A stretch of DNA of 63,595 nucleotides, the filler included, from Choristocarpus tenellus KU-1152 (Eukaryota > Protista > Phaeophyceae): the NCBI GenBank assembly GCA_964200185.2. It is 5 parts of 5 records of this genome, joined end to end, with 100 filler letters (N's around TTAATTAATTAA, not from the genome) between each part and the next. Parts side by side here need not be neighbours in the genome. Positions count along the whole stretch, not along the records: positions 1 to 19,710 come from CAXNAD020000451.1; positions 19,811 to 41,753 come from CAXNAD020000315.1; 3 more parts are not named here. One strand, written 5' to 3'. Position 1 is the first letter of the stretch, and each line of letters opens with the position of its first letter. The notes beneath the pieces are model-generated. The model was not told the DNA's origin. It worked only from the letters and a program-made list of their open reading frames with translations, and ran no database searches. The translations under genes and the position numbers were made by a program. Positions 14,197 through 27,085 of this stretch are shown one piece after another.

Positions 14197-17100
14197 TCAA
14201 TTTTCTGCTTTATCTGTTTGGGATGTCATAAACCCATGTGGAGGAGCAGCCTGGCGATTGTCAGTTACGGCCATTACCTTGTACCGCCTACCCATTTGCT
14301 CTGGGTCCACAAGGCGCATGAAGCCGTTGAACAGGACCTCTGCCTGTTGAGGGCATTGGCGCAAGGGGTTAAAGAACTGTATGGTTTAGGTTCATTACAT
14401 CACCAAAATCCTTGAGATTTGCACACACTATGGGAGCATTGTATGTCTATAACCCATGTAAAAAGAGGTGTATATTCTTAGTCATTTTCACTCACAGCAT
14501 AGAATGGAACTCATCTGAAGCAGGACTGTTTTGATTTGCTTTTACAAGAAGAATATTGGGGTTAGGGTTAGAAACAATGCTCACATTTGTGATGATCCGA
14601 GGGGCTTTTGAACAGAAGTGATATGACTCTAATGTGACTCAAGTCATTCAGTATGTCTCAAAAGGAAGAAAAGAGGGGTGTGAGAGAGATCAGTATGACT
14701 GTTGTTGACATCGGAGTAAGATTTAAGGGAGAATCATATCATCAGTTCAACCTCAGTATCAATATGGGAAGGTCAACATAACCCTTACCCTAATTTAGTT
14801 GAAGGGAAAAAAGAGTCCAAAATTGAACAGGCTCCCTCAGAAAGGGCAAATCAAAACTCGATATCAATACAAGCATATTATCTTACGTAGAACTGACTGA
14901 AATGTTGATGTAATTGGATATTGAAGGGAAGGTTTCAAGCAACTATCTACCATCATGCAGAGAGGACCTTGAATACACTAACTTGACAGAGTCAACAGCA
15001 GAATTCTACTTTATGGTATTGACCCACAAGTTCCGAATCTATGTTTTCAGGAAGGAATCAAGCACAGAAAAGCACTTGCATGGAGTACACTTCATATTTC
15101 TTTTCAACTTGGATGGGAAGACTACTCAAACTAGAAACTGAACTCCAAATATGAGAAGATTATTTGAAATATAAACTGATCTTCAAATATGAGAATATTA
15201 TACAAAATGTAAACTGAACTGTAACTGCTAAACAAGAACAGAATTTCAAAATCTCAGTCTTATCCATGGATGTACATTGTAAGGTTATATAGTAAACATA
15301 CCAAATAGCTCCACATGAACTCAACCCACCCAGACTAACCCTAACCAATATTAGAGATTTTGTGCAACCTACTCATGATTCAGTTTGTGACAAGCCTGGA
15401 GAAATCAACACAACACACGTCAAATTGTATTGCAAATCGCTGAAGCATATTATTTTCTTGTATCTACTTTTGAATCATGAAGTACATCATAATAAATAGC
15501 TTGGCTTGTCGACAATTTTAGATCATATCAGAACATATCAAGTGATTTACAGATTTATTTTATGACACAACCGATATTTTACAGATAGCTTTGAATAGTA
15601 TGAATGATGGTGTGAATGAAGTTTAACAGTACACAATGTCATGTGTTATTTCAAGAACTACAGGTTCACAGTATCTTTCAAGCTAACTTACCCAAAAGCA
15701 AGGACTAACAAGTAGACTTTATTATAGAGCACAAACACTCTAGTTGGTGTAAGTCAATGTCCATCTGAGTGTACATCCCTTCCGTACTGTTATAATTAAC
15801 TATCATCAACTATCATCAACCTCCTCTTCATTGTGAAGCATTTACAACCAGGGGCACCAGGTATGGTTTGAGACAACTCATGACACACATGTAACACATG
15901 ATCCCGGATACACCTAACCCTAACCCTAACCCTAGAGTAACCCTAACCCTAATACCGGATACACCTCAAGTATAGCACCACAGCAATGTCAAGCAACTGT
16001 TTCAGATTCACAAGACATGAGAAAATATAGTCAGACTGTATGGAAAAAATTGATCTTGATGGTGTCTAAGAGACATGACAAAAACGTTAACCTGTTACAA
16101 AGTGTGCCACATCACACACACGCGCGTACAATGTATTATGTCAATATATAATAATATATAGCAGTAAAATAATCAATATATAGCAATAAAATAATCAATA
16201 TAGAGCAGTAAAATAATCAATATATAGCAGTAAAACAATCAATATATAGCAGTAAAATAATCAAACACTAGCATTACCTCCTTGTCAGTAACACTGGGCT
16301 GGTCCATTAATGCAGTGAGACGTTGCCCAATACCCATCTCGCCCAGGAAATCTCCTTGGAAGACAGGTCCAAAGACAGAGACACCTTCCATGTCCCTTGC
16401 CACACGACTCAGTGCGGCAAAGTCCACATCCGCCGTCATGTCCGCCTTACCAGGGTCAGACAAAACCGACACCTTGAGTGCAGATTTGGGGGATCCATAA
16501 AAGTGGCTCAGTAGTAGTCTACTGCCAGCTTGTGTAAAAGAAATGCACAGGTTCAAGCCTTGTGGAGGTCAGAAATTTGAAGGGAAATTTGGATTCAAAG
16601 CACCACATGGCAAGCACTATGAGGTTTTTTTTAATTTTCATCAAGATTCCCAACAAAACCACTCTGCGTTTGACAAAACAAATGCAAAAAGACTCCAACA
16701 ACAAAATAACAATATTGTAAAAAATAGTATAGATATTATGTATAGATATCATGCATGTATGGGAGAAAGATTAAATCCTACTCTGGAGTATAAGAATAAA
16801 AAATACAGTTCAGCAACAGGAAGTTTACAAAGAAATTATCCCTTTTCTCAAGTCCATGCTGTATCTCTTGTTAGAATGACTACATTTTTATACATAGTAC
16901 AATCTGTATATCTTAGAAAAAAATATATACTCCAGAGTATATAACCCTAACCCTAACAACCACATAACCTCAAAAATAGCTTAAGGAGAGATATCCAAAT
17001 ATAACATACAAACCCTAAGTCCTCTTCATTCCATTCCAACATGGAGGTTGTGCCATGAACAGGACAACTGCTCTTGTTCTTTGTTTCATCCAATGTTGTT

Positions 17101-19646
17101 CAAAAGGAATTGGGTCTAGGGTTAGAGTTTTTAGAGTTCAATATTATTACAGTTGTAGGCATTGAAGTGAAGTACACAAGAAAGTTGAGTGGAGTGGAAC
17201 TAACCCTAACCCTAACCCTAACCCTAACCCTTAGAGAGCACAACGTGAAAGCTCCTTCATAGAGGGCGGCATAACAGACCCAAGCATAAAAAGAGTCTGT
17301 GCGCCACATGTAAAAAAAATGCTTCAAAGTGTATTGCACTCATAACTTTTGCTGCACCAGTGAAATCTTTATGGATTTCAACAAATGACACCTTGGATGA
17401 ATATTTTGAAAAAGACTGTCTTTTGTGTGCTGAAGGAGTTTGCAACCAATGCTGGATACCTTGATTAGGCATTTCCCCTTTTTAGCGGAAAAATAGGGTT
17501 AGGGTTAGGGATGAACACATTGTCATTTTAAATCACAACAGTTAAGTTGCAACATCATACCTTCTTGATTAGACCAAACCTTCTCGACTCGGCCAAATCT
17601 TCTTGATTAGGTCAAACCCTCTTGATTAGGCCAAATCTTCTTGATTAAACCACACCATCTTGACTAGGTCTTGGTTTTCCTTCTTAAGAGTTATGGACAA
17701 CACAATGAACCTCACTAACCCTAACCTTTACTCCATGAGTGCATCTTTTAAAGCAGGCGCTCTGAGGATGGTGGGGTGAGTATCTAGGTCTTGAGAACAA
17801 CACTGACACTACTGATGCTCACACGACAACCCACACAACGAGGACAATATTAACAACAAACAGCCTGATATGAACAACCAATGATGCAAACAACCAACAG
17901 TCGGATGTGCCTCAGGTTGAGTTCCGGACTGAGCAGAAACTTGCCAGCAATTCAACTAAGCATGTGAAGGAGTAGACAAAAGTAATCAATTTCTTCTTTA
18001 GTCCGGGGGGTCAAGCGTTAGGGACATCTTAGGGTTAGGGTTAGGGTTAGGGATAGGGATAGGCACAGAATGCCCAATCTATTGTTATTAAGATAAAAAA
18101 CAGAAATAAAATACCAGTAGGATTAATCTCTGTCGGAAATGGAAACTTTCCACTTCAGCAACCATCACATTTCATTCAAATCTCAATCACTCCAGAGTAC
18201 CAATATATCCACTCTATTCACATTTATGTTGATATTCATACTATTACCATTCAAAGTCAGTGCCAAATCCAAGAAGAGCTTCAAGCCCAGGCACAGGAAT
18301 ATTTTTTCATGAGAAATCAAATCGAAAATCAAATCGAAAATCAAATCGAAAATCAAATCGAAAATCAAACCAAATCAAATCAAATCAAATCAATCTCACT
18401 CACCTCCTCATGACCCTTGAAGCACCGCAATGAATCTGCTAATGCATGGTTCTCCCCATAATCAATCAACAGCACACCGCCCCTTTGCATATCAAATAAC
18501 ATATCAAATAACATGTCAAATAACATGTCAAATAACATGTCAAATAACATGTCAAATAACATGTCAAATAACACAAGACCACCAAGCAACCCATCGCATT
18601 CCAACAAGAGCGTTTGTTGAGGGGGTTAGGGTTAGGGTTAGGACTGAAGAAGTGGCAACAAAAGGGCAGTCACTTGCACAGTCACCTTGTACCTATTAGC
18701 AGTGTTGAAACACTGGTGTTAGGGTTAGGGTTAGTGTTTCAAGGCCATCACTCTTGTAAAGGTGTGCACGGTTTCTAACCCCAACCTAAGCAGATTCTTT
18801 TCCAGGGAAATCTGATCGTTTGTTGAGAATGATTCAGGCAGGCACTGTGGATCTTGTGTAACCCTAACCCTAACCCTAACCCTAACCCTAACTCTTGTCT
18901 AACACTAACAACCCTAACCCTAACCCTACCTACACTACCGTACCTGTTGCTAATGTGTAGCCCACCAAACTTGGGAATTGTGAACGGTCTTAATATCAAC
19001 AATATCAATAACATTCACAACAAGGACTCTAACCTTAAAACACCAGTCACAGAACCATGTAAGACAAAAATAGGGTTAGGGGTAGGGTTAGGTGCACTAC
19101 CAACAAGACAAGAAAATGCCTGCGTTCCACTAACCAGAAATGGGGGGGGTCAGTGGGATGGTATGGTGTAAGACATACTCAAAATGCAGCATCCAAATGC
19201 AGCATCCCAGATCATCCCAGATGTTTTTTAATATTGTCCTCGGCATGACTTGACCCTAACCCTAACCCAATCACGACACAGGATGGTTCCACACTACACA
19301 CAAAACAACTGAACAACAGCAAAAACAGCAGCAATCAGTATCACAACATAAATATATACAGATATATATATACATACCATCAAAAACCACCCACCCATGC
19401 TTGGAAACCCTCTTGGAAACCTCCTTCATAAACACCATGGCCTCAGGGCACACCTCCAGGCCGTCCCCAACCCTCTCCCCATGAGGACCACGCTTTCCCT
19501 GTGCAGACCACTTTTTGTCTGCCCCATCACCACTCTTCAATAGCCCAGTCCAGTGCTTTTCACCAGAAACACCTTCCCTCTCAATGTCCTCCTTGGAGCG
19601 GAGGAAAGCTCTCACCGGAGGAGTCTCTGCCCCTGCCAGCACAAAC
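14197..19646 (-). CDS. NDUFAF7: NDUFAF7/MidA protein arginine methyltransferase (complex I assembly), 5'-truncated by the contig end
   Basis: Exons 19646-19395, 18482-18404, 16472-16278 and 14343-14197. Motifs GDGLEVCPE, GGVLLIDYG, DSLRCFKGH, PGKADMTADVDF, QGDFLGEMGI and RLVDPEQMGRRYKV...PPHGF. Confidence 0.9.
16141..16263. repeat. 22-bp minisatellite (CAATATATAGCAGTAAAATAAT), about 5 copies
   Basis: Direct tandem copies beside the NDUFAF7 splice donor at 16277. Confidence 0.85.
17562..17670. repeat. 19-bp minisatellite (TTCTTGATTAGGCCAAAYC), 5-6 copies
   Basis: Degenerate tandem copies in an NDUFAF7 intron. Confidence 0.8.
18314..18393. repeat. (AAATCAAATCGA)n and (AAATC)n microsatellite
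   Basis: Tandem copies next to the splice donor at 18403. Confidence 0.85.
18490..18572. repeat. 12-bp minisatellite (CAAATAACATGT), about 7 copies
   Basis: Tandem copies next to the splice acceptor at 18483. Confidence 0.9.
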
Positions 19647-19688
19647 CTTTTGCAGAGTTGAGAGGGGTGGGGGTTGAGCTCTAGACCA

Positions 19689-19710
19689 GGGTCGAAGTAT
19701 CTGGGGGGGG
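19689..19710 (+). mobile_element. Left end of poly-G TIR MITE at contig end
   Basis: GTCGAAGTATCTGGGGGGGG matches the TIR of the full copies at 49159 and 50538. Confidence 0.6.
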
Positions 19711-19810
19711 NNNNNNNNNNNNNNNNNNNNNNNNNNNNNNNNNNNNNNNNNNNNTTAATTAATTAANNNNNNNNNNNNNNNNNNNNNNNNNNNNNNNNNN
19801 NNNNNNNNNN
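19711..19810. other. Artificial contig linker
   Basis: 100-bp N run containing TTAATTAATTAA (stop codons in all six frames); the same linker occurs four times. Confidence 0.97.
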
Positions 19811-19833
19811 CCCCCCCAAAGATACTTTGATCC
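19811..19833 (+). mobile_element. Right end of poly-G TIR MITE at contig start
   Basis: CCCCCCCAAAGATACTTTGATCC resembles the right TIR CCCCCCCAGATACTTTG. Confidence 0.6.
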
Positions 19834-21299
19834 GTCTTTCTTGATCCCTGGAACAGTCCCAACAGCATCATCTATACCTGCAGAGAGCTTGTTATCCTAC
19901 TCTCTCTGCCAGTATGTGCTTCCTTAGGTTTAATATTGTTGTATCGCTGTTTTTCCCAGCAATGTGTAATCTCCACCCCATTCGAACAATCTCGTAACAC
20001 CATGTAATGGCTACATACCAGAAAAGTGGAATAAGGCATTGTACATTTCCCTATCTCCCAGGATAATCATTGACCCGTGTTGGAGATGGAAGACTATGTT
20101 GTAAGGGTTTGTTACATTGTACCTCTTATAGTTGCGGAAGAGATAGAGTGGAGGTGTATGGGTATCGCTCTTGACAGCTATCATTGCACTTACTCATGGG
20201 TGCATCATGATCGGTTACTGTCATCCAACGAGCGTACTCTACCTCATGGTGAAATACTGTTGTGTCAGGTCGCATCATACAGGAGACTTTGGCATGTAGC
20301 GATACTTTCTGTAACTCCTTGTAACATAAATGATTGCCAATATTTTGGCTGTTACTCCCATTCTCTTAAAACCTCTGACACCGTGTGCTACCTTCGAATT
20401 TATTTTTTTTCCTCATACCACCAGATACCTCTTACCCTCAGCCTTCACCTCACATAGATTAAATCTGATTTGAGCAAGAAGTAATAAAATTATGACCATT
20501 TTCCTACTATTTCTTTCCGTAATATTTGAGATGGAATGTATTCGCCAGAATGATATCCAACTATTGCCACAGTTCAGGTTGCAAAAGGTTTCTTCTCCAC
20601 ATTCGTCCCATGTGATTCTTCCACCCCCTGCCGCAAGCAAGTGCATTTCATTTGCGATTTACAACCCGCCCTAATGTGCAAGGCCCCCTTTATAAAGATA
20701 TTTATATACTCCGGTATATATATTGGTTTGTGAAGCATTGTCTTGTTGAAGAGAAGACTTGCCAATAATAATATAGTTCGGTTGGACCATTTACCCTATC
20801 AGTGTATACTGTCATGAGGCGCCACTAGTGTTATTCTGTCTCGTCCACTATCGACTCAACTGTAGCTGGGCATCCTTTTTTACAGAACTTTGCTTATATT
20901 TGTTCTTTGTACGCCTGGTATAGCCTTTCAAATGACTGTTTGTGCAAATGCTCTGAAGTGTGCGCCTTGTACCAACTTGTTAGTGCTTTGGATTAAACTG
21001 GTATTAAGGACGGTGGTAGGGGTTGCTGCAAGTGGAAAGTTAGTCCTGTTCATTCAATGCAATACACAGGGCACTTCATCGGTGTATACAGAACATACAC
21101 ATTAAATTCCTCTTCATGTATGTCACCCACTCAACAACCTTGTTATTATTGGCATGTAAGTCTGACTTGATCTTGAAGGCACTACTGTTTTATCTCATAC
21201 AGAAGGGTGCAAGAACTTTTTTGGGGGGTGTTTTGGTCAATCAAACCCTCCTTAGTGGTTGTCTGGTTGTAACTAATAAATGTATCTTCTGAAGTACCA

Positions 21300-21545
21300 A
21301 CATGGCAAGGCCAGTCCAATATGGAGTTTAACTATGTACATGCCCTGTGTATTCTTAGATCACTCAAGTATGCAAGCTGGTCTCACCAAGAACGGCCAAT
21401 TATATCCCCAACGGTATCTCCAGAGAAACTCAGAACAATCAGGATGGCAGACATATGCCCACCCTCCCAACACAGCAGACCTTTCCTTGTTGAGATTTTT
21501 TTGGAGGGTCTTCAATATTGAAAATAGTACTGCATGGTATTGAAT
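21300..21545 (+). mobile_element. Tc1/mariner transposase relic
   Basis: AHPPNTADLSLLRFFW resembles the mariner motif (Q/H)PPNSPDLNxLDxxF; no intact ORF. Confidence 0.4.
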
Positions 21546-21787
21546 AAACCTTGATTACATTAGCATACACTATCAACCGCAGCTTTTTTTGCACAATATT
21601 ACGCCGATACGTTTCATGTAGTATATTTGTCTTCATACAATACACCACAATTTTGTGCTCAAATAGACACACTCACCTCAACATAAGCAATGGATACATT
21701 GGTGGGAACCAAATTTAGATATACATGAGCACATCGACATTTCAATGCTATCTATGCCTCTCCTTTTCCTCTCTTTGGATGTCCAAG

Positions 21788-24700
21788 ATGCTTCTGATGA
21801 CCTACTTGGATGGGAGGCTGATTCTCTCTCACGAGTGGGGTTGAAGTATGTGCAGTCCGTCGACGACCTTGCATGGTACCTAGCCAGCCTGCAGACCTTG
21901 CCCAGAGATCAATGGCCTACCATCATTGCCGGTAAGGGGTTTTCTTTCCTCTCATCTCTTCTCAGTGGTGCTGGTTTTCCTGATCATCTGAGTGTTTGGA
22001 GAAAAGCAAGTGCAAACAGGAATGGTTTATATTTTTTTCTGTCCTCTGCACTTGCAACTAATGTACTATAGTTTTGAGCAGGGGGGTGATATGAAAGAGG
22101 ATGAGTTGCCAGCTTGAATTGGAGACAGCGTTAAGAGGTTGGATGAAGTCAATTGGCCTATCTGACCTTCAATTTGTACGTTATGTTACAGGCAATCAAA
22201 CCCTGTCAACTATAGTAACAGATGTAGTTGCTCATTGACCACTATCCACTGTGAATAATACCAACCCGTATCTTCATTTGACTTCGTTGAGATTTATTCC
22301 ATCTTAGGAATTCTCATATACCCTCTTTTCCTCATCATTTTTATTTGCACTATAGACAATCGAATACCTCTATTATAATACAGACAGGTATTATGCCTTG
22401 CAGAGGTTGAAACAAGTGATGACATTATGTACGACTTTCTTCCATCTCTCCTCGCATGCATTTTTTGCTGTTTCTATGCCACAACTGCCAGTGGATGATG
22501 TGGACAAGATAGTCCAGGCATCTACAGGGGCGGCATTGGCAAGAGGGGGTTCAGCGTTTGGTGGTGAAAGTTCTAATAGTGGAGCATCTGCTCAGGCTGC
22601 TACCCTAAGAATATTTGCCTTGCTGCAGGCAAGAATTGTTTGAGGGGAGGGGGGAGCATCCAGTGCATTGTGAATATACTGCGTTACCAATATTGCAGTA
22701 ACGCTTCCAAAATGGGGTGTCGTTTTTGTTATTTTTAGAACTATTTCTTTGTTGGGGTATTGTGCAGGGGATAGTATGTATCTTGATTAAAGACAACCTA
22801 TGTTTTGGAAATTCGGTGGATCATATTGTTGCCCTGAAATATGTTTTTCCCTGTGTGCACCATCTTGCAAATCCTGTGCAAAGCCCTGATACTTCAAACC
22901 ACATCACATGGAGTTGGTCAACTACACTTACGCCAATAATAATTCTCATATACTTCTGTAAACACGATAATTTGTACTCGGGTGTCTGGACTACTAGAGC
23001 TTCTCAACAGAAATGTCCTGAAAAAAAATGTCAACACCTAGAGCGAACTGCTCATATAAGATGGGGAATGAAGTGCTTCATCAAACAAGTCCAGAGTGGA
23101 ATATACCGGACAACTCAATAGGGAACCCTACCCCCCCCATACCCCCCCCAAAATGCCTTGGTCTTACAATATATTGCCAGGACACAGCAGAGTTCCTGGC
23201 AAGTGCAAAAGCCACCAATGATTCACCCAGCACTATCTCATTTGGAGGCCCCTCACACACCACAGAAAGATCTGGGCCAGAGCCTGGTGATGGTGGCCCT
23301 CATGTGGCACACTCTAGTCAGGGCAATAGTTTTTCTCCTTCAGGGATAGGTGGACATCGAAGAGTAGGGAGCAAAGAAGGGGGAGGTGGAGGTGCAGAAA
23401 ATAGAAGAGCCGGTGGTGGGGTGGAGGTAGGGGCTAGCGTAGGGCGACAGATGGTCCACGTGGTGGTGACATGCTCTACAATGGATCATGTGATGCTGAA
23501 TATGTGTAGCAGGTAGGTGGACCCCTCTCACATGTGAAAACTGACAGGGATTGTATGTTGGTTTGTAGGAATTTGGTGGTGCATTCCCCCCACCCCCATA
23601 TATGAAGGACTAGTACCCAGTACTATTTTCTTTCACTTTCTTTTCATGTTACAGTCAGTACCTATCACTCTCATACACTTGTAGTATGCAATGTATGGGC
23701 TACTCTTGAGGCAAGCTGAAACTACTTCATGGATGAAAGTCTCGGAGGTATTTTGCGTATCATCCTTGCAAGCTTGTGAAATTTATTGTGTGCAAACTTA
23801 CAAGTCTTTGTGATCCTTACGTTGTGAAGGTACCAATGTCATCCTTCCTTTCCCAACAAAATTTGAACTGCATAGCATAGACCAGAAAATACATTTTGTC
23901 CGCTTCGATTGAAATTGACTGATACGCACAGGATTAAGACCTTCAAACCCTTCTCAATATATTATATTTTTAGATCACCTTATCCTACCCTTCCACATTT
24001 TCTTGCATTGTGCATAGACCTTACTTGTCCCATTTTTTTAAGGGCTGTCAACTGGAAGGCCATTGAGTATAAATTGAGTCGACTCTATAACTAAAGCAAT
24101 CAATTCTACTTGATTTTGTCAAAGTGTGCGCATAGTTCATGAGATAAGGCCCATAAAGAGGTGAGTGCTGGAAGGAAAACTTTGGGCATGTGCACAACCA
24201 ATAAATTAAAAGGTCGTGAGCATCAAGATGGCGCTGTTGTTCGAATTGAATGGATTATACATGATACACAAACCTCTTGTTTTTGTGATGTTGAACTAGG
24301 CCAACCGTTTTGAACACCTTGCAATGCACTCTCTGACAAATTTTAGTCACTGAAAAGAAACCAAACCAAGACAGTTAACTCTTAATAGTTGCGAGAATCC
24401 TCTTTGTTGTACAAGAAAGAAAACAGTTTTGCTCTACTGTATGCCAAGCTTATATTTCCCTGTTTGTACTTCCTTTCATATGGTTGACTTCATTTTATTA
24501 AATGTTAACTACCTATTTTAGTATTCTCATATTTGATTAATTGTCTTCACCGTGATTATCAATTGACAGGCTTTCCGACCATCACTCTTGTCTCTACAAA
24601 CAGTAGCCGTGTTATGTGTTCATAAAGCTATAGTCCGCCTATGTTTCTGTTAATAGTGCCCAATCCTGGATTCAGCTACACATCTCCCCTTCACCTCTCC

Positions 24701-25020
24701 TGACAGTATCGGCATGAGTTTTGTTGACGTTTTGGGCTTGCCTCTCTCCTCATCTTGCTCTTGGCCATGAACCAAACAATGTATTCAGGTTTGTCCATGG
24801 AGTGGTGCAGGTGCACAACAAGACAGACCCAGACACATACCTAGCCCACATCGACCCGTCCTTCCCTTGCCACATTCCACAACTTCAACACCCAAGAATG
24901 AAAGCACCTAGAGTACAGGAGATGATGCAGGGTCAGGCTGCAGAAGGACAAGGTGTTGTGGTGGAATACACCCGTACAGATCGAGAGGGAGTTTTTGTTG
25001 TGTGTGAATCTGATTTGTAG
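21788..25020 (+). CDS. SWSAP1-like (RecA/RadA-fold Shu-complex) protein; 5' exon(s) not found
   Basis: Exons 21788-21931, 22492-22628 (GC donor), 23181-23512 and 24789-25020. SLSRVGLKYVQSVDDLAWYLASL...PTIIAVDDVD...IFALLQDTAEFL parallels the SWSAP1 pattern (Walker B-like hhhhDD and ALLxDT). Confidence 0.65.
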
Positions 25021-27085
25021 GCCTTGGGGGAATATCAATAGTGCCCATTCCACCCTGGTTGAAACGTTGCAGTGATGAGCAGCCACAATCCCATCTTCTT
25101 AGAGCTCAATGAATGCCTCAATGTTCTATTGCAATGTAGATAGCAAAAGATGGATCAAATGCAATCCCTTCAGAACCCTATCAAATTCACAAATCCTACC
25201 TTGTGTACAGCAGTTGACTGTTCACAATGCTTTCACTAGTGTCGATACCCAACTTGACATCAGACTCGACACAGGTACCACTGCAAATAGATACATCTGA
25301 TACCAGAGGTAGTCGTCCGATATGATGATGTGAACCAAATAATCACCTATTCACAACGACCAATGAATGCAACTGATGGTAGGCATTCCACTCAACATAC
25401 AAGCTGTAACCATTTCCAACTACTATTTCCTAATGTTGTTCATACGGCCAAGACCATCCTAAGATGTAGAAGGTGTAGATATTAATGCGGTAGGTATGAT
25501 CAATATGTTACTTCCATTAGTGATAATGTCACCTTTCAGACCACGTCCCTTATTGCTCTGACCTAACCACTACATAAAATTTATTATGCTATGCCTCACT
25601 AGCCCAGTCCTATGGGTATAAAAATAACATTGAACTAACTACTTCATACACAACAAGCAAGAACCGTCTAATACGAGGGGAAAGATTACCATGCGACATA
25701 TCATACCACTTGTGGGTAAAAAAGAAAAATGTTGTGCACGCATCACTTAGGCTTCAATCACTGGAGGTGTACACCTAGGAGAGTTTCGGGAGTGGACAAT
25801 TGCTCCATGGGCTGATGCCGTCCAGTGTTGCATAGATAGGAGCTAGTGCAGTAATGAGGAAACCTCTCATCTACTCCAAAGTTGGTTAAAAAAGAACAGG
25901 TCACACCAAGAGAGTGCACAAAACACACCTATCTTAGATATGCTTTCAAGATCACAATAATAGCAGATCAAGCCTCAGCTCAATGTTCCTCCTGAATATA
26001 AGGTGTTCACGGTTGCAATACAGCCAGGCTCTCATTTGCACTCCTACCCTTGGATCTTGAACTACTTCATTCATCATTTAACACCCCCAACCCTTGTCCT
26101 GCGGAAGCTCTTTTGGGATCCATTTTCTTCCCCATGAAGCCTCTGGTTCAATGTCAGCAGCTGACCTAATTGATTGATTTGAACCACTGAGCATAATTTA
26201 CAAGATGAGGGTTCGGGTGGGTCAAGAGATGTTTAGGAGGCAAGTAACAGCTCGAGGGCCTTCAAGAACCATTACATAGTAATACAAGTTTGAGCAGAGG
26301 AGGTAAAAGGAATGCAAAAATCTACATGCCCCTTTTTTTTTATCATAAAGGAACATGTTTGTTGGACATGCTCGCAAAAGTATGGATGGTATATATTTAA
26401 AGTGGGATGAAACAAGTATCTTAGCATCCATTCCCTCACATCTCATACGGCTGGACAATGGTTTACTACACAATACACAGAAAGTACCAGTTGGAAACAT
26501 CCAAGTATATACATCCCAACAAAAACGCCGATAATACCAGGTGAAACTTGCTATTTGTTTCCCAGAAAAGGAAGGCTACCTCTATGAAGGGAATATAATG
26601 ATGGTCAACCTCCTACAGGTTAGCTAAATCTCTCTCTTGGGTTTGGACACAGGAAAGCATCAAACCATGACTCTTGTTCACTTAGCACAATCCCAGACAA
26701 AGGAGAAGGGCAAACAATAGTTTACCATGCGAGTAGGTTTCCCTAACTCTGTGCTAGATTTTACATGCACTTTTTTCCGTGTCATGCTTTTCTCAGCTAA
26801 CACCTTGCAGAAAATCTCCATTGTTTCTTGTCCGACCGTGAGAGGGACGCAAAGTGTGCCCCCTGCGGGACAGCCTTCAAAGCCTAAAACCAGCAATGTG
26901 TGGTAGTGCAATGTGGTCCTTTTTCTCAATGTATTCAGGAAAGGAAGTGTAGAAAGAATCATAAGGTCAACATTCCTCACCTTTGAACAATCTAACATGG
27001 TCAAGAATGGGTAACACGGGGGGGCATCACCGTTCAATGCTACTGCCAATAAAAGGATGTACTTAGCTAGACATTGGTGCCAGTC

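Larger units (their letters stand above)
11074..19268. repeat. Cluster of short interstitial telomeric (TTAGGG/CCCTAA)n tracts
   Basis: About 20 tracts of roughly 2-6 units in both orientations, e.g. near 11774, 13901, 13941, 14558, 15915, 16943, 17201, 17495, 18029, 18624, 18719, 18859, 18911, 19071 and 19252. Further tracts near 3128 and 5942. All lie in introns or intergenic DNA. Confidence 0.9.

Noticed and set aside
17074-19171. ORFs with LTLTLT, VRVRVR, LGLGLG, NPNPNP, FDML or QITC repeats
   Set aside because: They are translations of telomeric and minisatellite repeats inside NDUFAF7 introns.
18850-19710. True chromosome telomere
   Set aside because: Tracts are short, in mixed orientation and intronic, and the gene continues past the contig end.
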